Source: Phycisphaerales bacterium (GTDB taxonomy: Bacteria; Planctomycetota; Phycisphaerae; Phycisphaerales; UBA1924). Taken from it: DNA of 32,000 nucleotides. Made by a program: the position numbers and the translations under genes. The notes beneath the pieces are model-generated. The model saw only the letters and a program-made list of their open reading frames with translations. It had not been told where the DNA came from and did no database searches. The stretch lies in the NCBI GenBank assembly GCA_044221315.1, contig JBGAPK010000009.1:100416-132415 (forward strand), read 5' to 3'. Below are positions 19,469 through 26,408 of this stretch, in pieces; within the stretch, counting starts at the first letter, position 1, and each line of letters opens with the position of its first letter.

Positions 19469-20443
19469 ATGAGTCAGCAGGAGACTCCGGCTCCGGAGAC
19501 GGAATCCACTTCGGCCTTTCCAAAGGCAAGATTGTGGTTGATGTGCGCTGCCGCGGCCCTCGCGATCCTGATCGTGCTCTTCGGATCCCTGCCGCTCAAG
19601 ATCGTTGCGGCCGTCCTCGCACTTTGCATCATCCAGGGATTGTGGCGGGGAGCCGCGGAGCTGGTCGGCATCGTCGCCGGGATGATCGCTGGGGTGCTCC
19701 TCTGCCGCCCGATCGGTCGTTTGCTCGAACCCATGCTCGCTTCGGCAACCAGCACCAGCGGCCTCTCTTCCCGGCTGCTCTCGGCCGGATTGGCCGCCGT
19801 TCTGATCTCTGCTATCGCATCGATCGCGATCGGCATCGTCACGCGACGTCTCCTGAAAAGGCGCCCGCAGCTCGCCGGAGCCGACAAACTCGCCGGCGGC
19901 GCCATCGGCCTTTTCGAGGGCTGCTTCCTCGGCCTCATCGTCCTCTGGGTTCCGCTCGCCCTGGAGCCCGTCGCCGTCGGGCAGATCGGCAAGGGCGAGG
20001 CTCCGGAACAACGCCCGCGCAACCCCGTCGCCGAAGCCGTCGTGAACTTTGCCGAGCAAGTAAAGGGCTCCAGTCTCGGCGGCGTCGCGGAGAGCACCAA
20101 CCCTATGGAGGGCGCCCGGCTCTTCGCCCTCACCGGCGATTTCGCGATCGTCATGCGTCATCGCCGGGCACGCGAGCATTTCGTCAACAGCAATGCCATG
20201 AAGCACCTCCGCGAAGCCCCGAGCGTGCAGGAAGCAATCTCTCGGCTGGAAAAGGATCCCGAGCTCGGCGCCATGATCCGCTCCGGCGACTACGGCCCCG
20301 AATTCGTCCGCGGCGTCCTCACCAGCAAGTCGCTTATGGACACCCTCGACCAGACCACCATCGTGAAAGACCTGACACCACTAGTCGGCGAGATCGAAAA
20401 AGCCCTTCAGGAAGCCAAGAAAATCGCCCTCGGTACTCCGTAA
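19469..20443 (+). CDS. CvpA-family (colicin V production-like) integral membrane protein with an uncharacterised soluble C-terminal domain
   Basis: Four hydrophobic helices in the first 170 aa or so (for example 'LWLMCAAAALAILIVLFG', 'IVAAVLALCIIQGLWRGAAELVGIVAGMIAGVLL', 'LAGGAIGLFEGCFLGLIVLWVPLAL') in the CvpA arrangement. The remaining 150 aa or so are hydrophilic and unassigned. Confidence 0.6.
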   Translation: MSQQETPAPETESTSAFPKARLWLMCAAAALAILIVLFGSLPLKIVAAVLALCIIQGLWRGAAELVGIVAGMIAGVLLCRPIGRLLEPMLASATSTSGLSSRLLSAGLAAVLISAIASIAIGIVTRRLLKRRPQLAGADKLAGGAIGLFEGCFLGLIVLWVPLALEPVAVGQIGKGEAPEQRPRNPVAEAVVNFAEQVKGSSLGGVAESTNPMEGARLFALTGDFAIVMRHRRAREHFVNSNAMKHLREAPSVQEAISRLEKDPELGAMIRSGDYGPEFVRGVLTSKSLMDTLDQTTIVKDLTPLVGEIEKALQEAKKIALGTP

Positions 20444-20533
20444 GCCACCGAACGCCGGCATTCTTGATTGCTGGTAAACTTCCAATTGCTCTGCTGCTCT
20501 GTTCGCCTCTTCCAGCATCTTTCGGAGTTGTTC

Positions 20534-21418
20534 ATGCCCCGCATCACCCGCGCCGCGCTCATCCAGTGCTCGAACCCCCTCTCCGATACCACCGACCTCA
20601 AAAGGGTCAAAGCCGCGATGATCGAGAAGCACCTCGGCCTGATCAAGAAGGCCGCGGACGAAGGCGCCAAGGTCTGCTGTCTGCAGGAAATTTTCTACGG
20701 CCCGTACTTCTGCGCCGAGCAGCAGACCAAGTGGTACGAGACTGCTGAGCCGATCCCCGATGGCCCGACCGTCAAGCTCATGCAGGACCTCGCCAAGAAA
20801 CACAACATGGTCATGGTCGTCCCCATCTACGAAGTCGACATGACCGGCGTCTACTACAACACCGCCGCCGTGATCGACGAGACCGGGCGCTACCTCGGCA
20901 AGTACCGCAAGAAGCACATCCCGCACTGCCTCCCCGGATTCTGGGAGAAGTTCTACTTCAAGCCCGGCAACGCCGACGGCGAGGGTGGCGGCTACCCCGT
21001 CTTCCAGACCCGCTTCGGCAAGATCGGCGTCTACATCTGCTACGACCGCCATTTCCCCGAGGGCGCCCGCGAACTCGGCCTGAACGGCGCCGAGATCGTC
21101 TTTAACCCTAGCGCCACCGTCGCCGGCCTGAGCGAATACCTGTGGAAGCTCGAACAACCCGCCCACGCCGTAGCCAACCAGTACTACGTCGGTGCCATCA
21201 ACCGCGTCGGCACCGAGGCCCCTTGGAACATCGGCGAGTTCTACGGCCAGTCGTACTTCTGCAACCCCCGCGGCCAGATCATCAAGCAGGCTAGCCGCGA
21301 CAAAGACGAAGTCGTCGTCGCCGACCTCGACCTCGAAATGATCCAGGAAGTGCGAAACACCTGGCAGTTCTACAGAGACCGGCGGCCGGAGTCGTACGAG
21401 AAAATCGCCAAGCCGTAG
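20534..21418 (+). CDS. Beta-ureidopropionase (N-carbamoyl-beta-alanine amidohydrolase), nitrilase/CN-hydrolase superfamily
   Basis: CN-hydrolase triad contexts: 'CCLQEIF' (Glu), 'GKYRKKHIP' (Lys), 'GVYICYDRHFPE' (Cys). Long blocks shared with animal UPB1: 'PVFQTRFGKIGVYICYDRH', 'NGAEIVFNPSATVAGLSEYLW', 'INRVGTE'. ATG 20534 has 'ggag' 7 nt upstream. The track ORF starts earlier at 20468. Confidence 0.82.
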   Translation: MPRITRAALIQCSNPLSDTTDLKRVKAAMIEKHLGLIKKAADEGAKVCCLQEIFYGPYFCAEQQTKWYETAEPIPDGPTVKLMQDLAKKHNMVMVVPIYEVDMTGVYYNTAAVIDETGRYLGKYRKKHIPHCLPGFWEKFYFKPGNADGEGGGYPVFQTRFGKIGVYICYDRHFPEGARELGLNGAEIVFNPSATVAGLSEYLWKLEQPAHAVANQYYVGAINRVGTEAPWNIGEFYGQSYFCNPRGQIIKQASRDKDEVVVADLDLEMIQEVRNTWQFYRDRRPESYEKIAKP

Positions 21419-21522
21419 GCCCGGGCTTGACTGCAGTCTCGCAAACCGTTCCGAGGCCTGAAATCATGGCCAAACAGGCCCGTTTGTGGCCTTCGCCGGC
21501 GGCATGCGCCGATCCTTTCGCC

Positions 21523-23034
21523 ATGTCCACTCTCTCCAACCCCGACCTGGCCCCAACGACTCCTGCCCAGCGAACTTGGTCTACATGGCACATCGCCGCT
21601 CTTTGGATCGGCATGGCCGTCTGCATCACCACATACAACATTGCTTCGGGCATGATCAGCCAGGGCATGTCTTGGTGGCAGGCGACCATCACCGTCGCGC
21701 TCGGCAATCTCATAGTTCTGATACCCATGATCCTCAACGGACACCCGGGCGCCAAGTACGGCATCTCCTTTCCCGTCCTCATGCGGGCCTCGTTCGGCAC
21801 GGTGGGGGCGAACATCCCCGCGCTCGCCCGCGCGGTCGTCGCCTGCGGTTGGTTCGGCATTCAGACCTGGGTGGGCGGCGATGCGATCTACCAGATTCTC
21901 GGCGCCATCGGCGCGATCGACCTGCATGCGGAAACCGCGCGCGTTATGACTCTCGGCCTCACGCCCGCCCAGTTCGCCTGCTTCATCGCCTTCTGGCTCA
22001 TCAACCTGCACTTCGTCTGGCACGGCATGAATTCGATCAAGTGGATGGAATCTTGGGCCGCGCCATTCCTGATCGCCGCCGGACTCGCGCTCATGATCTG
22101 GGCACTCTGGAGAGTTTCAGAGGTTCAGCCGGTCGGCACCATCTTTGCGCAAGGTTCCAAGTTCAAGACCAACGCCGAGTTCTGGGCCGTCTTCGTCCCC
22201 AACCTGACCGCGATGGTCGGTTACTGGGCGACGCTCAGCCTGAACATTCCCGACTTCACCCGCTTTGCGAAGGATCAGAAATCGCAGGCTTGGGGCCAGG
22301 CTCTTGGCCTTCCCACGACCATGACGCTCTTCTGCTTCATCGGCATCGTCGTCACCAGCGCCACCGTGATCCTCTACAAGCAGGCGATCTGGAACCCGGT
22401 CGAACTCGTCAGCAAGCTCGGCTCGCTCCCGGTCATCATCATTTCACTCGTCGCCCTCACCGTGGCAACACTCTCGACCAACATCGCCGCGAACGTCGTG
22501 AGCCCCGCCAACGACATCTCCAACCTCAACCCCCGCCGCATCTCTTTCCGCATGGGCGGCATGATCACCGCCGTCATCGGCGTTCTCATGATGCCCTGGT
22601 ATCTCTACACCAACCTCTCCGCCTACATCTTCACCTGGCTCATCGGTTACTCCGCCCTGCTCGGCCCGATCGCCGGCATCATGCTCTGCGACTACTACAT
22701 CATCCGGCGCAAGCAACTCGACGTTGATGCGCTCTACAACCCGCGTGGCGAATACTCCTACACCAGCGGTTTCAACTACACGGCCATCATCGCCATGGTG
22801 CTCGCCGTCCTCCCCAACATCCCGGGCTTCATCAACGCCGCAACCAACCGAACGCACGCGATCGCGGCAAAGTCCCCGGACGTCCATCCCGTTTTCCCGG
22901 AAATCTTCGACCAGATCTACGGCTACGCCTGGTTCGTGGGCCTCGCCCTCGCCATGCTCTTCTACTTCATTCTGATGCGGGGCCGGCGTCCACAGCCCGG
23001 CCACGTCGCGGCGCCCACGGCGACCCTGCGTTGA
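21523..23034 (+). CDS. NCS1-family nucleobase/hydantoin:cation symporter
   Basis: 12-TM protein with an NCS1-type N-terminus 'NPDLAPTTPAQRTWSTWHIAALWIGMAVCITTY' and blocks 'FPVLMRASFG' and 'CGWFGIQTWVGG'. The start is ambiguous (ATG 21523 preferred; ATG 21466 and track 21427 also in frame). Confidence 0.85.
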   Translation: MSTLSNPDLAPTTPAQRTWSTWHIAALWIGMAVCITTYNIASGMISQGMSWWQATITVALGNLIVLIPMILNGHPGAKYGISFPVLMRASFGTVGANIPALARAVVACGWFGIQTWVGGDAIYQILGAIGAIDLHAETARVMTLGLTPAQFACFIAFWLINLHFVWHGMNSIKWMESWAAPFLIAAGLALMIWALWRVSEVQPVGTIFAQGSKFKTNAEFWAVFVPNLTAMVGYWATLSLNIPDFTRFAKDQKSQAWGQALGLPTTMTLFCFIGIVVTSATVILYKQAIWNPVELVSKLGSLPVIIISLVALTVATLSTNIAANVVSPANDISNLNPRRISFRMGGMITAVIGVLMMPWYLYTNLSAYIFTWLIGYSALLGPIAGIMLCDYYIIRRKQLDVDALYNPRGEYSYTSGFNYTAIIAMVLAVLPNIPGFINAATNRTHAIAAKSPDVHPVFPEIFDQIYGYAWFVGLALAMLFYFILMRGRRPQPGHVAAPTATLR

Positions 23035-23073
23035 CACGCGCTCTACCCTTGCACACTGAGACTCTTTCTGAAG

Positions 23074-23094
23074 CCCCCTCCCCGAGGGAGGGGG
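23074..23094 (+). terminator. GC-rich hairpin 40 nt after the NCS1 stop (9-bp perfect stem, 3-nt loop), no U-tract
   Basis: ccccctccc (23074-23082) pairs perfectly with gggaggggg (23086-23094), loop cga. It is followed by ttggggg rather than a T-run, so terminator function is uncertain. Confidence 0.35.
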
Positions 23095-23112
23095 TTGGGG
23101 GAAGGGAGAGGG
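23086..23112 (+). other. G-quadruplex-forming motif (five G-runs of 3 or more with 1-3 nt loops)
   Basis: GGGAGGGGGTTGGGGGAAGGGAGAGGG is read directly on the + strand. It overlaps the 3' arm of the 23074-23094 hairpin and lies 38 nt upstream of the aminotransferase ATG. Confidence 0.3.
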
Positions 23113-23149
23113 TCCACAAAAGTCGTTCGAATCAGCCAAGGACTCATCC

Positions 23150-24538
23150 ATGACAACCGCAACCGCCACTCAATCCAAGGCCCCGTCTCTTCCCCCCTGC
23201 GACTTCAAGCCCGCCCCCTACACCGGCCCGAGCAGGGAAGAAGTCCTCGCCATGCGCAAGGAGTTCTGCACTCCCGCGCTCGTCACCTATTACAAGAACC
23301 CGGTGATGATGGTCCAGGGCCACATGCAGTACCTCTTTGACGAGACCGGCCGCCGATATCTCGACGTCTTCGGCGGCATCGTCACCGTCAGCATCGGCCA
23401 CTGCCATCCCAAGGTCATGGCCGCCGTCAATGCCCAGAACGCGCTCCTCCAGCACACGACGACGATTTATTTGCACCCGACGATCGCGCAATACGCGAAG
23501 AAGCTCGCTTCTACTTTCCCGAAGGAATCCAATCTCTCGGTCGTCTACTTCGTCAACTCCGGCAGCGACGCCAACGACCTCGCGATCCTCATGGCCCGGC
23601 TGCACTCCGGCAACTACGACATGGTCGCCCTCCGCAACGGCTATCACGGCGGCAGCGCCGCCCCGATGGGCCTTACCGCCCACAGCACCTGGAAGTTCAA
23701 CACGCCCCAGGGCTTCGGCGTGCATCACGCAATCCTGCCCGATCGCTACCACGGTCGCTACGGCTACGACGATCCGAAGGCCGGCGAGAAGTACGCCGCC
23801 GACGTGCAGGAAGTCATCCGTTACACCACAAGCGGGAAAGTGGCTGGCTTCATCGCCGAGCCCATGCAGGGTGTCGGTGGCGTTGTCGAGATGCCCCCGG
23901 GCTATCTCGGAGCCGTCTACAAGTCCGTACGGGACGCCGGCGGCCTCTGCATCGCCGACGAGGTCCAGACCGGCTTCGGCCGCACCGGCGAGAACTTCTG
24001 GGGCTTCCAGACAGTGGGGGGCCCGGGCGTCTACCCCGACATCGTGACCATGGCCAAGGGCATCGGCAACGGCTGCCCCCTCGCAGCAGTCGTCACCACG
24101 CCCGCCATCGCCAAGAGCCTGACCAGCCGCATCCACTTCAACACCTTCGGAGGCAACCCCGTCTCGATGGCCCAGGGCTTTGCCACGCTCAATGTGATGC
24201 TCGAAGAAAACTACCAGCAGCAGGCCAAGGACAAGGGCGCCAAGCTCTTCGCCGGCCTGCGCGACCTCCAGAAAAAGCACCCGCTCATCGGCGACATCCG
24301 CGGCAAAGGCCTTATGTGCGGCGTGGAACTCGTCACCGACCGCGCCACCAAAACCCCCGCTGGCCCGCAATGCGCCGCCGTCTTCGAGCGCTGCAAAGAC
24401 CTCGGTCTCATCATCGGAAAGGGCGGCTTCTTCGGCAACGTCCTCCGCATCAAGCCCCCGATGTGCCTGAATGACGCCGACATCCAGTTCATGCTCGAAG
24501 TCCTCGACGTCGCCATCGGCGAAATCGAACGCGCCTGA
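23150..24538 (+). CDS. Class III (PLP) aminotransferase, AGXT2-like beta-alanine/beta-aminoisobutyrate:pyruvate type
   Basis: 'PPCDFKPAPYTGPS', 'GIVTVSIGHCHPKV', 'VNSGSDANDLA', 'ADEVQTGFGRTG', PLP-lysine block 'PDIVTMAKGIGNG', 'NTFGGNP'. SD 'aagga' at 23138-23142. Confidence 0.88.
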   Translation: MTTATATQSKAPSLPPCDFKPAPYTGPSREEVLAMRKEFCTPALVTYYKNPVMMVQGHMQYLFDETGRRYLDVFGGIVTVSIGHCHPKVMAAVNAQNALLQHTTTIYLHPTIAQYAKKLASTFPKESNLSVVYFVNSGSDANDLAILMARLHSGNYDMVALRNGYHGGSAAPMGLTAHSTWKFNTPQGFGVHHAILPDRYHGRYGYDDPKAGEKYAADVQEVIRYTTSGKVAGFIAEPMQGVGGVVEMPPGYLGAVYKSVRDAGGLCIADEVQTGFGRTGENFWGFQTVGGPGVYPDIVTMAKGIGNGCPLAAVVTTPAIAKSLTSRIHFNTFGGNPVSMAQGFATLNVMLEENYQQQAKDKGAKLFAGLRDLQKKHPLIGDIRGKGLMCGVELVTDRATKTPAGPQCAAVFERCKDLGLIIGKGGFFGNVLRIKPPMCLNDADIQFMLEVLDVAIGEIERA

Positions 24539-24592
24539 ATTGCTCCAGTATCTCCGCGCACCGGCAACCGAAAACGGTTAACGTAGCGGCGC

Positions 24593-26389
24593 ATGCCGCT
24601 ATTCCTCGCCGCCACCGGCCTTGAAGAACTCCCGCTCATCCGGACGATCGCGGCCGCCTTCTTCGCCGCCTGGGTACTCGGCCTCATCACTCAAAAACTC
24701 GGGCTTTCGCCGATCGTCGGCTATCTCCTCGCCGGCGTGCTGATCGGTCCGAAGACCCCCGGTTTCACCGGCGATGCGGAATTGGCCCACGAGCTCTCCG
24801 AGATCGGCGTCATCCTCCTCATGTTCGGCGTCGGGTTGCACTTCCACTTCAAGGACTTGAACGCCGTCAAGTGGATCGCCGTCCCCGGCGCGGTCTTCCA
24901 AAGCCTCATCGCCACACTGCTCGGCATGCTCGTCTTCCATCTCTGCGGCTGGGGATGGAAGCCCGGGGCCGTCATCGGAATGGCGATGGCCGTTGCCAGC
25001 ACCGTTGTGCTCATACGGGTGCTGACCGACAACGACGTACTTCACACACCCGCCGGTCACGTGGCCGTCGGCTGGCTCATCGTCGAGGACATCTTTACCG
25101 TCGTTTTTCTGGTCATTTTGCCGGTGCTCGACTCGAGCGATCCAGCTCCGGGGTCCGGCGGCCCCGCACCCGGTTTCATGGCCGCGCTCGGGATGGCGCT
25201 GCTGAAGCTCGCGCTATTCGTCGGGCTCGTCGCGACCATCGGCAAGCGCATCGTGCCGTGGATCTTGGTCCAGGTAGCTCGTCTTCGCTCCCGCGAACTC
25301 TTCACGCTCACCATCCTCGTCCTTTCCATCGCCGTCGCCGCCGGCGCCTACGCGCTCTTCGGGGCCTCGATGGCGCTGGGCGCGTTCCTGGCCGGCATGA
25401 TGGTGGCCCAGTCCCCCGTCAGCCATCAGGCCGGCGCCGACGCCCTTCCGCTCCGCGACGCGTTCGCCGTGATTTTCTTCGTCTCGGTCGGAATGGTCTT
25501 TGACTGGACGATCATCTTTGATCATCCGGGCCTGCTCCTCGCCGGAGTCGGCATTGTGCTCGTGGCAAAGCCCCTCGCCGCGCTCCTGCTCGTGCTCGTT
25601 CTCCGCCACTCCACCAAGACAGCCCTCACCGTCGCCTTCGGCCTGGCCCAGATCGGCGAGTTCTCGTTCATCCTCTCCAAGGTCGCACTCGATCACAAGC
25701 TCATGCCCGAAGACGGCCACGACATCATCGTCGGCGTCGCCATCCTCTCCATCACGCTTAACCCGCTTCTCTTCCGCCTCGTCGCCCCGCTCGAAGCATG
25801 GCTCAGCAGACATCCTCTTCTTTCCGCCCGGCTCAACTCCGGCGTTGACAAGCGAATGCGCCAACTCAACGCAACGCCGCATCAGTCCACCGGCGAATCT
25901 GATCCAAACTCTCGTACCGCGATCGTTGTAGGTTACGGCCACGTCGGTCGCACCGTCGATCGCCTCCTCCGCCAGGCAGGCTTGTCCACGGTCATCATCG
26001 ACATGAACATGGACACCATCAGCGAACTGCACCGCGCCGGTCAAGCGGCAATCTTCGGCGATGCCCAAAGCGAAGAGGTTCTCCGCGAATCGGGCGTCGC
26101 GCGTGCCCGGTACCTTCTTCTCACCATGGCCGCCAACGTCAATCCCGCCCCGGTGGTCATTCGCGCCCGCGAGTTGAACCCGTCCATGCACATCCTCGTC
26201 CGCACCCGATTCCTCCAGGAGCGCGATGCGTTGCGCCACGCCGGAGCAACCGCGGCCATCTTTGAAGAAGCGGAAGTCGCCATCGCCCTGGGCGAACTCG
26301 TCATGCAGGACGTCGGAGTCGATCGCCCGATCATCGACCGCGAAATCGCCCGCCTGCGCGAGACCGAAGCCCAGCTGCGCCTCGTGTGA
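24593..26389 (+). CDS. Cation:proton antiporter (CPA2, Kef/YbaL-like) with C-terminal TrkA-N/RCK domain
   Basis: N-terminal 'LGLSPIVGYLLAGVLIGP' followed by about 12 TM helices. C-terminal Rossmann 'IVVGYGHVGRTVDRLL' in an RCK-type domain. Confidence 0.9.
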   Translation: MPLFLAATGLEELPLIRTIAAAFFAAWVLGLITQKLGLSPIVGYLLAGVLIGPKTPGFTGDAELAHELSEIGVILLMFGVGLHFHFKDLNAVKWIAVPGAVFQSLIATLLGMLVFHLCGWGWKPGAVIGMAMAVASTVVLIRVLTDNDVLHTPAGHVAVGWLIVEDIFTVVFLVILPVLDSSDPAPGSGGPAPGFMAALGMALLKLALFVGLVATIGKRIVPWILVQVARLRSRELFTLTILVLSIAVAAGAYALFGASMALGAFLAGMMVAQSPVSHQAGADALPLRDAFAVIFFVSVGMVFDWTIIFDHPGLLLAGVGIVLVAKPLAALLLVLVLRHSTKTALTVAFGLAQIGEFSFILSKVALDHKLMPEDGHDIIVGVAILSITLNPLLFRLVAPLEAWLSRHPLLSARLNSGVDKRMRQLNATPHQSTGESDPNSRTAIVVGYGHVGRTVDRLLRQAGLSTVIIDMNMDTISELHRAGQAAIFGDAQSEEVLRESGVARARYLLLTMAANVNPAPVVIRARELNPSMHILVRTRFLQERDALRHAGATAAIFEEAEVAIALGELVMQDVGVDRPIIDREIARLRETEAQLRLV

Positions 26390-26408
26390 TCCATTCCGGA
26401 GTTCGGCC

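Noticed and set aside
19288-20748. 486-aa + strand ORF overlapping the small ORF, the CvpA-like gene and the start of the beta-ureidopropionase gene
   Set aside because: Its composition is extremely Arg/Pro/Ser-rich with no hydrophobic core. The alternative frame gives a coherent four-helix membrane protein.
23125-23133. GTTCGAATC, resembling a tRNA T-loop, in the permease/aminotransferase spacer
   Set aside because: The flanking bases (agtcg / cagcc) cannot form a T-stem. No acceptor, D or anticodon arms can be drawn in the surrounding 90 nt.
26226-26408. Upstream extension of the GH31 ORF into the antiporter gene
   Set aside because: It overlaps the RCK domain coding region out of frame. 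A canonical signal peptide begins at ATG 26409.
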